A DNA stretch of 64,000 nt from the NCBI GenBank assembly GCA_020348985.1, contig CP070761.1, positions 3,093,243-3,157,242 on the forward strand. The letters are read 5' to 3'. A program made the position numbers and the translations under genes. Below the pieces are notes generated by a model, which searched no databases, was not told where the DNA came from, and was given only the letters and a program-made list of their open reading frames with translations. Origin of the DNA: Candidatus Thorarchaeota archaeon (GTDB lineage: Archaea; Asgardarchaeota; Thorarchaeia; Thorarchaeales; Thorarchaeaceae). Below, one piece after another: positions 9,673-20,116 of the stretch. Within the stretch, counting starts at the first letter, position 1. Each line of letters opens with the position of its first letter.

Positions 9673-10824
9673 CTAGCCTTCAATCACGATTAATGGAACG
9701 AGCATTTCGTCTTCACTGGCTCCGCCGTGATGACCGACCAATCCAGGCATCTCGGATCCAGGGAAGAGACTGACCATGGCATAGTTCTCTTTGTATACCA
9801 TGGCGTAGTCCCCAATTCGATTGTGAAGCCTAGGGTTTGGTTCATAGAGGCCAAACCAGTTTTCACGAACCAGTTCGTCACTTCTAAACAAATGGCAGGC
9901 ATCGGATAGATTCTTGGAGACATATCTCTCGAAGTCATCTACTTTGAAGGGTCTTACATAGCAGAAAGATGTCCTTGTATCGCCGCAAATTGGGTGAGAG
10001 AGGCACTCCTCCAACTTTGGGTGTCCTTTGGTTGATAGGAAATTGTCCTTCTCCACGTCCACGAATCCATGATCACTCGTGATGACTAACGTAACGTTAT
10101 GCTCGCCGAGCTTCTCCACGAATTCCCTCAACGCGTTGTCGAAAATGCCCAGGATTTCCTTAGCTTCATCGCTTTTGTTCCCGACAATATGGGAAACTTC
10201 GTCAAATGAAGGCCAGTAAGCATAGACGTATTTCCTGTTGTCACTTGAGCCTAGCACAGCCTCGATGCAAGTGAAGAGCCCCTCCATCTCAGAGTAGCCA
10301 ACCCGTCCTCCATCTCCTGCCATGAATCTCGAAAACTCAGAATCTATTATATTGGCTGTACTGATAATCGAGTATTCTCTTCTGGCAGAGTGAGTCAAAG
10401 GTCTCACATTAAGTACGTTGGAAATGTCTGTGCCAAGTGGATCATAGTTGATAACGCTGCTGAACGGCATTATCCTTGACACAATGCCATACTCCCTTAG
10501 ATACATCCACCAGCCAGTAACGGCATGCTGCTGAGGTGCCAGACCAGTCATGTACGTCGTCACGGCCGACGAAGTGGAAGGAGGGAACACGGATGTGATT
10601 GATCCTTTGAGATTCTCCTTGAGAAATGTCCTAGACCCATTCTCAACGAGGTGCTTGTAACCAAGCCCATCCAGAATCAAGAGGACAATGGAGTCTGAAT
10701 CATTGAGATTGGCCAGCGAGTCATGTTCCATCTCAACATAGGGGCTTTCTACACCTGACGCTCTTAGAATTGAGCTCATCAGGTTAACGATGCTCCCACC
10801 GTTGAAATCAGGCTTGACGAGCAT
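9673..10824 (-). CDS. Alkaline phosphatase superfamily / nucleotide pyrophosphatase-phosphodiesterase
   Basis: LILDGLG, SVFPPST nucleophile region, DEVSH, TSDHG, GHHGG..EMLVP. Confidence 0.9.
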   Translation of the reverse strand: MLVKPDFNGGSIVNLMSSILRASGVESPYVEMEHDSLANLNDSDSIVLLILDGLGYKHLVENGSRTFLKENLKGSITSVFPPSTSSAVTTYMTGLAPQQHAVTGWWMYLREYGIVSRIMPFSSVINYDPLGTDISNVLNVRPLTHSARREYSIISTANIIDSEFSRFMAGDGGRVGYSEMEGLFTCIEAVLGSSDNRKYVYAYWPSFDEVSHIVGNKSDEAKEILGIFDNALREFVEKLGEHNVTLVITSDHGFVDVEKDNFLSTKGHPKLEECLSHPICGDTRTSFCYVRPFKVDDFERYVSKNLSDACHLFRSDELVRENWFGLYEPNPRLHNRIGDYAMVYKENYAMVSLFPGSEMPGLVGHHGGASEDEMLVPLIVIEG

Positions 10825-10907
10825 GTGCTCTGATTGGGAACCATGCTTATAGTAGATTCCTATTTTGTGCCACGAGAATCGTATTGTTTATATGCAGTCA
10901 CGTGATA

Positions 10908-10929
10908 TGTAATACGTAACAGTATTACA
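10908..10929. promoter_or_regulatory. Palindromic operator candidate downstream of a TATA box
   Basis: TGTAATAC-N6-GTATTACA; TTTATAT at ~10887. Confidence 0.5.
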
Positions 10930-10934
10930 AACCG

Positions 10935-11327
10935 GTGAACGAACTGACTACACTTCAATCAATCCAACTCGTTTGTCCAAACTGCAGCACTCAGCTTTCG
11001 ATTGTATATCCTGCGTCAATATGCACTTGGCTCAATCCCGATATGGTTCGTCAATTGCTGACTCGTGAGGGCTTCTCTCAGCAATGCGAGGGATGTGGCA
11101 GTGCCATCCATCTGCAAGGACATATTCTTGTCAATGCTCCATCTGGCATGTTCTGGATGGACCTTGGACTGGACATGGAATCCAGGAGGAGAATCCTCTT
11201 TCAGAATCGTGTGATCGATGATAAGGGAAACGTCGTTCAATCGGGTCCTGATGACAGGAACAGTGTGGCTGACAATGGGCAAGATACGCATGTACGTGAT
11301 AGATCAGAACCTGACTACTACGTATAA
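10935..11327 (+). CDS. CpXC-type zinc-binding protein
   Basis: CPNC..SI..LNPD..L..CEGCG pattern. Confidence 0.75.
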   Translation: MNELTTLQSIQLVCPNCSTQLSIVYPASICTWLNPDMVRQLLTREGFSQQCEGCGSAIHLQGHILVNAPSGMFWMDLGLDMESRRRILFQNRVIDDKGNVVQSGPDDRNSVADNGQDTHVRDRSEPDYYV

Positions 11328-11357
11328 AGGCAATAACGTCGAGCGGACATCTCTGGC

Positions 11358-13229
11358 CTAGTCGTCTTCTCCGTAAATCATCTCATAGACGTCGATTGGG
11401 TCCTTATCTTCAACTTCTGGCCACAGTATGTGTTTCACCCTCCTAATCAGTCTGAAGAGGTTCTCGCTTTTCCAGAGGTAGAAGACCAACACGATGCCTA
11501 GAATCCAGAAGTAAACGAATCGATAACACAAAAGAATCACCCAAGAAGCCAGAAGACCAAGCAAGTGCCGCTTCTTGAATCTGAATTCTGCCCTGTCCGA
11601 GTAGGACAAATCCTTGTGGTCGAACAACAGCGCCAAAAAAGGTGATAGTGCAAGAAGATAGAATTTGTAGGATCCTCGCGGATAGAATAGCTGGATGCAA
11701 AGCACCGCGACAAGGCCCCAGACAAGCATGTGAGAGAAGAGAGTTCTGATGTTGCTTGGTGGATCATCCACTTTCGTAAGGGAGAATGTGCCATACACGA
11801 AAATGGCGCATGCAATTAGAAATACGTAGTTGATTAGGAGTACCGCGACGAAGTCAGTGAGCCATGTGGGGGCTCCAAGCCAAAGGAAGAACGTGTTGGC
11901 ATGAACGGGCATCCAAAGATCAGGAATGAAGACGGTCAATCTATCAAGCGTACCTGTGTTCCATAGAATCATTCTGCCAAGATAGGTAGAAGCATCAACC
12001 AAAAGAAATGGAATTGATACTAGACCAGCTACGAGACAGAAGATACCCGTATGCGTCAGTGTGCTAATCAGTTTCTTCCTCACTCCAGAAACAGAATTCT
12101 GCTTAATCAGGTATACCGCAAGAAGAGGGAAGAAGACGACAGCAAACTGCTTGTACAGTGTGGCAATTGCGAGCGCTGCAATGGCATAGGGCCCCTTATT
12201 CCTCAATGCGAAGTAGTATGCGCCTACAATAAAGAAGACAAATGGAGTCGGATTCAACCACATGAAGCTCCCGTACAATAGCGTGAACGGATTCAACAGA
12301 TAGAGCATCATGGCGAAGATAGCACGTCTTTCATCTTCCGTGAGAATCACTGCAATTTTGTGGACGAAGATTGCCGTTCCTACATTGAACGAGAACAGGA
12401 TAAAGCCGGGCAACCATGAAGGGACGTTTCCAAGAAGGCCAACGGTATAGATCCAGAGCGGCGGGTAGATGTATACGGCCATTTCCACGGAATAGGGATA
12501 TACTCCTTCCCACAGGCGAGGAACCCAAGACAAGTAGAAGAACTGATAGTCGTTGTAGAATTCGACATGGACAATCTCTAGGAAGATTGGAGGCAGACCA
12601 AGACTGTATGTAGAAAGCGTGAATGTACGCACAAAGAATAGAATGAGATTGAGTGCGACTCCCCCGACAAAGTATCGCTTCCATCCAGTAAGTGTCACGA
12701 TTGCGCCAGCAAGAATAGTGAATGCGCCCGAAAACGCAATTGTTAGGGACACGTAAAAGCTGCTCGGGAACATTGTGTAGTAATAGGTCCAGACTGATTG
12801 ATTGGTGTTTGAGTTGCTGATAATCAAATGTAGTTCCACTCTGCCATCAGTTGATAGCTCAAGTGTTCCCCTTGGTTGATCAACCACTTCAAGGAGTGCC
12901 TCAATCTGATCCAGCGGAGTACCACTCTGGTACGCGCCATAGCCTAGTCTATCAACTATGATTGCGGTGCAATTTGATTGGTCAGATTGGTCAAGGCCCA
13001 TAACCTCTATCCCGAACGAGTAATCAGAAGGCCCAAATTCGAGGGCAATAGATTCCACAACATCGCTACCTCCCTCGACATTGATTGCGAAGCCACCCCG
13101 GGAAGTTCCCGGAATGGAGAAGTGCCAAACCAGCCCTACAGCGAGAAGAACGAATCCCACCAAATAGATCCCTTTGAGAAAGACTGTCCGTTCTGGAGGT
13201 TTCATGGTTGGCCATGGTGGGCCGCTCAA
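11358..13229 (-). CDS. GT-C fold glycosyltransferase (GT87/PIG-M-like) with N-terminal extracellular beta domain
   Basis: ND Y..F, PY..YIYPPL, LYLLNPF, LYKQFA motifs; more than 10 TM helices. Confidence 0.75.
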   Translation of the reverse strand: MSGPPWPTMKPPERTVFLKGIYLVGFVLLAVGLVWHFSIPGTSRGGFAINVEGGSDVVESIALEFGPSDYSFGIEVMGLDQSDQSNCTAIIVDRLGYGAYQSGTPLDQIEALLEVVDQPRGTLELSTDGRVELHLIISNSNTNQSVWTYYYTMFPSSFYVSLTIAFSGAFTILAGAIVTLTGWKRYFVGGVALNLILFFVRTFTLSTYSLGLPPIFLEIVHVEFYNDYQFFYLSWVPRLWEGVYPYSVEMAVYIYPPLWIYTVGLLGNVPSWLPGFILFSFNVGTAIFVHKIAVILTEDERRAIFAMMLYLLNPFTLLYGSFMWLNPTPFVFFIVGAYYFALRNKGPYAIAALAIATLYKQFAVVFFPLLAVYLIKQNSVSGVRKKLISTLTHTGIFCLVAGLVSIPFLLVDASTYLGRMILWNTGTLDRLTVFIPDLWMPVHANTFFLWLGAPTWLTDFVAVLLINYVFLIACAIFVYGTFSLTKVDDPPSNIRTLFSHMLVWGLVAVLCIQLFYPRGSYKFYLLALSPFLALLFDHKDLSYSDRAEFRFKKRHLLGLLASWVILLCYRFVYFWILGIVLVFYLWKSENLFRLIRRVKHILWPEVEDKDPIDVYEMIYGEDD

Positions 13230-13298
13230 CCCCCAATATTACGCTTCGGGTACAATTTCTCAACTATTGCGCAAAAAGGCCGAATATAAGTGAGCGAA

Positions 13299-13874
13299 TC
13301 AAGACTTGGTTCCTTTCGGCAGGATTCCATACCTTTCGACGAATTCCGACTTCAGAATGTCCATTACCACAACATCATGACGCTCACCGTTTCGGTAGGC
13401 CATCTCACGAATCTTCCCCTGATTCTTGAATCCAATCTTCTCGTAGAACCTTATGGCACGCTCATTGAACGAAGCAACCCAGAGGTAGACACTATGCATG
13501 TCAAGAACTGAATATGCAAAATCAAGCAAGACGATTAAGGCATCCGATCCAAATCCTTCCCCCCAAACCGAAGGGTCAAGAATTCCTAGGATACCTATCT
13601 CACCGCTTCGACTCATCCAACTGATATTGGCAAGATTCACAAGACCAACGAGCTTGCCAGTCTCCTTCGATTCGATTCCGAAAGTGAATCCGCTCCGTTT
13701 GGTGTATGACTCGTTGGCGCTCTGAATGTAAGCCTTCATGTCTTCAAGGCTCGTTGGCAGCGGTGTTGGTAAATACTGTCGCAGGTTGTAGTTGTTCCAA
13801 TGACGTAGGATGGTTTCTGCATCTTCCACGTCTAAGCGTCTCAAGCGCGTGAGCTTTCCTTCGTACATACCCAT
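13299..13874 (-). CDS. GNAT N-acetyltransferase, RimJ/RimL family
   Basis: WGEGFGSDA, FNERAIRFYEKIGF..G.IRE motifs. Confidence 0.92.
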   Translation of the reverse strand: MGMYEGKLTRLRRLDVEDAETILRHWNNYNLRQYLPTPLPTSLEDMKAYIQSANESYTKRSGFTFGIESKETGKLVGLVNLANISWMSRSGEIGILGILDPSVWGEGFGSDALIVLLDFAYSVLDMHSVYLWVASFNERAIRFYEKIGFKNQGKIREMAYRNGERHDVVVMDILKSEFVERYGILPKGTKS

Positions 13875-13969
13875 CAGTTAACGATTGTGCATCCGGTATA
13901 AAACGGGTCGGGAAGCGGCAGAATGAATCTGAATCAAATCCTGAACCTAGTCCTTGACTGTCTCAGTCA

Positions 13970-14947
13970 CTATTCGGCCATTTCCTCCTCTGCCTTCAGC
14001 GATATCGTCGCTAGGAAGAATCTGAGGCTTACTGCTAGCATGCCCAAGCCAAAAGCAGCCCCGAAGATTGTGGGAAATATCATGTCGAAGTAGACGAGCC
14101 CTAAGTAGACCAGTAGTAGGCCAATGCCGCCACCTACACCCAGGTGCAATAGTCCAGCCATAAGTGTCATAGCTCGATAGGCAAGTTTGCGTGGGAATTT
14201 GAGGCGGATTATCCTTCCGGAGGCACCATCAATGAGAGCATCGTAAGAACGGAGCGAGTAGCTATACTTGATATGCCAAACGGGGATGTGAACCAAGAAG
14301 ACAGCCGGGACTTCTAGTTTCGCGTCAATATCGTATATCCGATCTACCTCTTTCATTGCTTCCTCTCTGAGAAGACCTCTCATCGATTCTTTTGCTGACT
14401 CTATCGCTACTGAGCGTTCCACTACTGTATGTTCTAGGCGACCCCCCATATTCTTGACAACATCCTTGCTGAAGAATTCCTTACGTTTCGTGGGGATTAC
14501 ATATTGCATCAAAGGGCGTGGCACATTAGCAGCAGCCGGAACGAAGATGTCCTTCTCCATTTCCAGATGCCCTTTCTCTGAAACATCCGTCCAACCGAGC
14601 TCAGAAGCCGTGTCTCCTTCACCAAAATTGGGTTTCTTCTGGAACCCTGAATAGTCTGCGATTGCCTCAACCTCAACAACCCAGAATGGCCAGTATACGA
14701 GTCTGCTGCTCTCTATTTCCGCCTTGGTCTCAAGCGCCTTTGGTACACCCAGCTGCTTGAGGGCCCAGCTCAACATCTTGTCCTTTGTCTCTTTGATACT
14801 AAACTGGAGCCTCATAACGTAGCTCTCTTTCAGGATCTCTCCAGTTCGAACTTGCACAGTTGTTCCACAATATGGACAGACGGCAGTACTGCTGTTCTCT
14901 GGAACTTCGAACGGACCATCACAGTTTGGACATCGTAGATCAGTCAT
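13970..14947 (-). CDS. Zinc-ribbon membrane protein (paralog of 14944..16008)
   Basis: CPNC..CPYCG; YWPFW; HIPVWHIKY..IDGASGRI; two C-terminal TM helices. Confidence 0.8.
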   Translation of the reverse strand: MTDLRCPNCDGPFEVPENSSTAVCPYCGTTVQVRTGEILKESYVMRLQFSIKETKDKMLSWALKQLGVPKALETKAEIESSRLVYWPFWVVEVEAIADYSGFQKKPNFGEGDTASELGWTDVSEKGHLEMEKDIFVPAAANVPRPLMQYVIPTKRKEFFSKDVVKNMGGRLEHTVVERSVAIESAKESMRGLLREEAMKEVDRIYDIDAKLEVPAVFLVHIPVWHIKYSYSLRSYDALIDGASGRIIRLKFPRKLAYRAMTLMAGLLHLGVGGGIGLLLVYLGLVYFDMIFPTIFGAAFGLGMLAVSLRFFLATISLKAEEEMAE

Positions 14948-16008
14948 CGTCTTCGCCTCCCCAGGCTACTGACAGAATCAGTGAAATCAAAAGCATCCTC
15001 GCGTTCTTTTCCACTGGCTGTCAGCGTGACTTCATATCTGAGCACATGACCCAAGAAGATCAAGCCGGCCACCCAGAGGAACGCTCCGCCCCCGAACAGA
15101 AGAACGGGGACCAGAAGCGCTTCGGAATCGGTGCTGCTTTGAAGGATTATTGCAGTCGCGTATGGCAGTGCTTGGAAGAGAAGAGCAGATGCGATGAACA
15201 TGACTATGCTTGTCAACCATCTCTTCATTCTGTAGAGTTTCGTGACGGGTAGCTCACCAAGGATCACTTCCCCCGTCGCCCCTGAGACAGCCACGCGGAA
15301 TGTCCCTCTCATGTAGTTATAACGGACCAACCAGTAAGGTGCATGCGTGTATGAACGGTCAGTGACGTCCATGTTAATCCGGTAGTCGAAGAGTCGGTCG
15401 AGTTCTTCTTGGAGATGCACCCTATCCTCCTCAGACTTCCTATAGAGCGCTCTCGGGTTGGCGTCTTCCTCTCCGATCTCTGCATTTAGCACAGGGGCTT
15501 CAGTACTGCTTATGTCGAAGTCTTCGGTTGCGAGGCCCTGGAAGGTCTCTATATATTCCTCAACGCCGAAAGTTGCAGCGTGCCTACGTGCTATAACCCA
15601 AATCTCAGCTTCTTCATTCTCACTACGTTCAATCTTCTTCCATACTGTGCGGTTTCCTCGCTTCTCTTTCTTTCCGCCAAGATGATATGTCTGGCAATTG
15701 CCGCGGACTCTGAAGAATGGAATCCATCGGAGGTCGGGAGTTTCGATTTCGACCTGGTCCATGATGCCTCGCCCAACTGACTTCCCAGCGGCGAAGGAAA
15801 GCCACATCTTGACAACATCTACTACTTCATCTGGTGACAGCTTGTTGGGCAACAAGAGATGCCTACCGATTTCGTCGCCGCCTACCGTGAAGGTGAATCC
15901 ACAGTATGGGCACGTGGCTATGACATCATCGGCTCCCAAAGGGTACGGAGCATTACACTTCTCGCAACGATACTGTTCTATGTCCTTCGTTTCACCATCA
16001 ATGGCCAA
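14944..16008 (-). CDS. Zinc-ribbon membrane protein
   Basis: CEKC..CPYCG; WIPFF; HAPYWLVRY..VSGATGEV; two C-terminal TM helices; 4-bp overlap with the downstream paralog. Confidence 0.8.
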   Translation of the reverse strand: MAIDGETKDIEQYRCEKCNAPYPLGADDVIATCPYCGFTFTVGGDEIGRHLLLPNKLSPDEVVDVVKMWLSFAAGKSVGRGIMDQVEIETPDLRWIPFFRVRGNCQTYHLGGKKEKRGNRTVWKKIERSENEEAEIWVIARRHAATFGVEEYIETFQGLATEDFDISSTEAPVLNAEIGEEDANPRALYRKSEEDRVHLQEELDRLFDYRINMDVTDRSYTHAPYWLVRYNYMRGTFRVAVSGATGEVILGELPVTKLYRMKRWLTSIVMFIASALLFQALPYATAIILQSSTDSEALLVPVLLFGGGAFLWVAGLIFLGHVLRYEVTLTASGKEREDAFDFTDSVSSLGRRRR

Positions 16009-16117
16009 AGTTGAAGCAACTCCAATCTCACGCGTTTATCACAGTAATCTGACTGACTTATCAATCTCACTCATGTCCAATAGTGTAAGTCCAAGCCGAT
16101 GGTGTGCTGCTCGGTTC

Positions 16118-19100
16118 TTAGCCAGCTGACGAAACAAAATCCTCGGCAAGAATCTTGTCAAGTGTCTTAACGATGCGGTCGGCGTCGATCTTGGAGAAGA
16201 CCAGAGAGGGTTTGATTATCAGAACATTGTGGTGGATTCCGTCAGAACCGATCATAATCTGATTGTCCTTCATGCGCTCAGCAATGTACCTCGCCTCTTC
16301 GGCAGCGGGCTTCAATGAATCACGATCTCCTACTAGCTCAACGCCGATGAAAAGCCCAGAACCTCTGACATCACCAATGATGCTGTGCCTATCGCCCAAT
16401 TGACTCAATTGCTCGATAAGATAACTTCCTGTGGAGTGAGCATTTTCCTGCAGTGCTTCTTCTTCGAGGACATCTAGAACAGTAAGTCCCACAGCACACG
16501 ACACAGTATTGCCTCCTGTGGTGCTGAACCATTCCATACCCGCTCCAAGCGATTCTGCTATCTCACGTGTAGTTATGACTGCACCAATGGGATGTCCATT
16601 GCCTATTGGTTTGCCAAGAGTGACTATGTCTGGAACGACACCCTGTGTCTCAAAACCCCAGAAGTGAGTTCCAACTCGTCCGAAACCAACTTGGACTTCA
16701 TCCACAATGCAGATACCGCCTGCTTCTCGAACATGTCGAAACGCGCTCTTCAGGTACTGTTCTGGAAAAACAATCTGTCCTCCACAAGACATGATTGACT
16801 CACAAAGGAAGGCCGCAGGCTTCCTCCCACTTGCAGCCAGTTCATCGACTATCTCCTTCAAATCTGTCGCGTACTTCTTTCCGGCTTCCGAGTCTGATCT
16901 TCGATAAGGTCCCCTGAATGTGTCTGGAATCCGCACCTTATGGACATGTGGTGGCATGCCTTTCCCACCAGGGCCCTCGGACTTGTACGGACTCAGACCA
17001 ACCAAAGCTTCCGTGTTGCCATGATAGGCCCCTTCGATGACAATCATGTCCTCATTGCCCGTGTAGGCTCTGGCTAGTCTAAGTGCCAGCTCGTTTGCCT
17101 CGCTTCCGCTGTTCACGAAAAAGCAGATACTCAGTGGCATTGGGAACTTGGTACACAGCTTCTCAGCATACTCGACGAGTGCCTCATGTATGTAGCGTGT
17201 GTTGGTGTTTAGGACTGCCGCTTGCCTCTGCAATGCTTCGACGACTTTGGGGTGGCTGTGGCCAACAATCGGCACATTGTTTCTAGCGTCGAGGTATGCT
17301 CTGCCGTCCTTGTCGTAGAGATACTGCATGTATCCCTCTACAATCTCAATCGGCTCCTCGTACATAAGGCTGAGAGAACTACTCAGCCTCTGACTCCTGA
17401 TATCCAAGATTTCGTCGCGGCCTAGCCTTTCAACTCGCACGGGCTTATCGGGGAGTCCAAGAATGACGTTGGGGTCCGGCGAAATGCTCTTCCAAAGCTG
17501 TCTCCGGTTTGGACTTGCGGCTCCGAAAAAGTCACCTTCTCTCCCAATCATGTCAACAATGACCTGAAAGTGAAGATGTGATGGCCAGCCACCATTGGTC
17601 GGGTATTCGCCCACTTCTCCTATCTTGTCCCCTTTCCTGATCGAACTTCCTTTGACTAGGTTATCAATCGAGTCCAGAGAGAGATGAGCGTACAGAGTGT
17701 AGAACTTCAGATCAGAATTCTCGATGCTATGCTCAACAACAATCGTGGGACCGTTGTCAAGTGGAGAGTCATTGTTTCTGAAACTGTGAATCGTTCCATC
17801 AAGCGGAGCAAATAGCGGTGTTCCGGATTCAAGAAACAGGTCAATAGCCAAGTGCACTGTCCTTGATTCGGGGCCATCGATTCCCATCAAAGAGTACTGA
17901 TCTCCGGCATAGATGAGCCGGGCCTCGTCATATCGTCCGACACCATATTCCGCCAGTTCGTCTCTCAGCCGAGCCTCAATCATTCTGCTCCACTTCTCAA
18001 TTTCCATCAGGTCGCCTAGGGTGCCAAATTCAGTGGAGCCTGCAGACAGGTCAAAGACCACATGAGGTGTCGAAGAAAGGTCAAAGTCAACGATAGACCC
18101 AATCTTCTTGCGGTTCTTCTTCAACCACTCAGTTACCTCGCTACTTTTCTGGCATGGAACGAGGTCACAAGCATCACGGAAGGTGTATGTAACAAGCCGC
18201 GGGTTTACTACTCTGAGCTTCTCGAGAGCCTCCCACGCCATCTCCTCACTTATTCTGAGGTATTCGTTTTGGGGCTCCAACTTGCTTTGGTAGGCCGCAA
18301 TGGCCACTGTCATTGTCAACCTTGTACAAATCATGTAGAAGAGAAGGTCGATTTCATGTTCTTCTAAAGGAAACACTGAATGATAGCCCTTGACTACTTC
18401 CGCTGCAGCAGCGATTGGATCTGCATGACCAAGAACTGCGTAGGCAATCGCTATGGCCAGCTCGAAAACAGTGTGACTGAATACAAGGTCGCCGAAGTCG
18501 ACTACACCAAACCGGGATCGATTGCCAGGTACAGCCCAATCAACTATGACATTGTAATCATTGAAGTCATTGTGAACAACGCTCTTTCTCAAAGTCGATA
18601 GAGCCGGCTTGACTCTGTTTTCGTATTCACTAAGGAAGTGTTTGACGATTCCTTGCTGAACGGGGTCCCCTATATCCCCAACGTGTTTTGGGATTACTTG
18701 GTCCGCGTTCTTCATGTCCCAATATAAGTCCCTGTGAGCTGCAGGGTGTTTGAAATCTTGAAGCGCCTTCGTCACTGAACCTATGAATTCACCAAACTCA
18801 CGGAGCAATTTCGTCGAATGAGGATTGACCTTTGCATACACTTTCCCAGGAACATAACGAAGCAGTCTCACCATGTAGTGGTTTCCCTGTGGATCGTCGA
18901 CAATCTCAATGTACCTGCCTTCCTTGCTTTTCGTGGGTGTTGGGCATAGCATCAATCCTGTTTTGGCAACAATGTGGAGCATTGCGGAGTTTTGTGATTC
19001 GATTATGTCGCGTTCATCTGAAAGTGCTGAGAACTTCAGGACAAACTCCTCACCCGAGTCTGTCCTTACGTAGTAGTTGCGGTCTCGCTCGCTTGGCAGT

Positions 19101-19204
19101 TCTCTCAAGTCGCCAACTGCAGAGAAAATGTCTTCTGCCACTTTGGCTGCTTCCTGTTTGTCGAACCGTGGGCGAAAGGCGTCTTTTGTTGACATGTGAG
19201 TCAT
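16118..19204 (-). CDS. APH-type kinase + M23 peptidase + class-III PLP aminotransferase/phospho-lyase fusion (hydroxylysine kinase/phospho-lyase type)
   Basis: HNDFNDYN and DFGD kinase motifs; HLAID and HLHFQ M23 motifs; [28 protein letters not shown] motifs. Confidence 0.9.
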   Translation of the reverse strand: MTHMSTKDAFRPRFDKQEAAKVAEDIFSAVGDLRELPSERDRNYYVRTDSGEEFVLKFSALSDERDIIESQNSAMLHIVAKTGLMLCPTPTKSKEGRYIEIVDDPQGNHYMVRLLRYVPGKVYAKVNPHSTKLLREFGEFIGSVTKALQDFKHPAAHRDLYWDMKNADQVIPKHVGDIGDPVQQGIVKHFLSEYENRVKPALSTLRKSVVHNDFNDYNVIVDWAVPGNRSRFGVVDFGDLVFSHTVFELAIAIAYAVLGHADPIAAAAEVVKGYHSVFPLEEHEIDLLFYMICTRLTMTVAIAAYQSKLEPQNEYLRISEEMAWEALEKLRVVNPRLVTYTFRDACDLVPCQKSSEVTEWLKKNRKKIGSIVDFDLSSTPHVVFDLSAGSTEFGTLGDLMEIEKWSRMIEARLRDELAEYGVGRYDEARLIYAGDQYSLMGIDGPESRTVHLAIDLFLESGTPLFAPLDGTIHSFRNNDSPLDNGPTIVVEHSIENSDLKFYTLYAHLSLDSIDNLVKGSSIRKGDKIGEVGEYPTNGGWPSHLHFQVIVDMIGREGDFFGAASPNRRQLWKSISPDPNVILGLPDKPVRVERLGRDEILDIRSQRLSSSLSLMYEEPIEIVEGYMQYLYDKDGRAYLDARNNVPIVGHSHPKVVEALQRQAAVLNTNTRYIHEALVEYAEKLCTKFPMPLSICFFVNSGSEANELALRLARAYTGNEDMIVIEGAYHGNTEALVGLSPYKSEGPGGKGMPPHVHKVRIPDTFRGPYRRSDSEAGKKYATDLKEIVDELAASGRKPAAFLCESIMSCGGQIVFPEQYLKSAFRHVREAGGICIVDEVQVGFGRVGTHFWGFETQGVVPDIVTLGKPIGNGHPIGAVITTREIAESLGAGMEWFSTTGGNTVSCAVGLTVLDVLEEEALQENAHSTGSYLIEQLSQLGDRHSIIGDVRGSGLFIGVELVGDRDSLKPAAEEARYIAERMKDNQIMIGSDGIHHNVLIIKPSLVFSKIDADRIVKTLDKILAEDFVSSAG

Positions 19205-19343
19205 CCCTCACGACTTATGAAAACAGGCACCAAGCGCTGATATCGTTTCTCCTCGGTCGGCTATCAATCACACCAGCTGACACTGATTGGCCAAAAGACT
19301 TCTATCTTGGGATTATAGTTCAGAATGCAGAGGAGAATGACAC

Positions 19344-19766
19344 ATGCCGTTTTTTGAGAGCACTGAGCAGTTCAAGGAAGTCTTCGACAGGTTCTGGGAA
19401 CTCGCCATGGAGGAGACAGAGGTCATCGAAAAGCTAGGGAAATCCCAAATCGTTGTCAGATTCGACATCGAACAACCAGAAGTCCACTTAACCATCAACT
19501 TCCGAGACCCTGGTCCGGACGGTGAGATCGGGACATTGTCCTACAACGCAGACGTTGAGCCGGAAATCACCGTCTGGTCAACTTCGGAAACCACCAACAA
19601 GTTCTGGCAGGGTAAGCTTAACGCAACTGTGGCCATGGCAAAGGGCCAGGTCAAAATGCAGGGATCTATTGCCAAGGCACTTGGATTGCTGTCCAAGATT
19701 AAGCCGCTCTATAAGTTCTGGCCCGAAGTCCTTAAGGAGAAAGGCTTGGACAGCATGGTCTTGTGA
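19344..19766 (+). CDS. SCP2 sterol/lipid-binding domain protein
   Basis: FWQGKLNATVAMAKGQVKMQGS..AL.L SCP2 pattern. Confidence 0.85.
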   Translation: MPFFESTEQFKEVFDRFWELAMEETEVIEKLGKSQIVVRFDIEQPEVHLTINFRDPGPDGEIGTLSYNADVEPEITVWSTSETTNKFWQGKLNATVAMAKGQVKMQGSIAKALGLLSKIKPLYKFWPEVLKEKGLDSMVL

Positions 19767-19881
19767 CCAGCGTGACCAGGATCGTGCAACGACGGAGGTT
19801 CAGAAAGCAAAGTATATTAGCCTAGAATTGGGCCTTTAGCTTGTAAGACAATATTAACCATTGTTAAACAGGTGAGATATC

Positions 19882-20100
19882 ATGGCTGAAGCAATCACAA
19901 AGACAATGACGATTGGAGAAGTCGTCGCGAAATGGCCCGAGACTGCAGCAGTGTTCCTCGAATGGGGTCTTCACTGCTACGGATGTGCAGTCGCCAGATA
20001 CGAGAACATTGAGCAGGGTGCAACTGCCCATGGCATCCCGGCTGATGATCTGGTAAAGGCGTTGAACGAGGTTGTTGCCAAGACCTCAGCGACCGCATAA
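19882..20100 (+). CDS. DUF1858 (hybrid-cluster-associated redox disulfide) domain protein
   Basis: ITKTMTIGEVV.KWPE..VF..GLHCYGC..E.IEQGA.AHGI. Confidence 0.9.
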   Translation: MAEAITKTMTIGEVVAKWPETAAVFLEWGLHCYGCAVARYENIEQGATAHGIPADDLVKALNEVVAKTSATA

Positions 20101-20116
20101 GCCCAGAATGAGAAGC

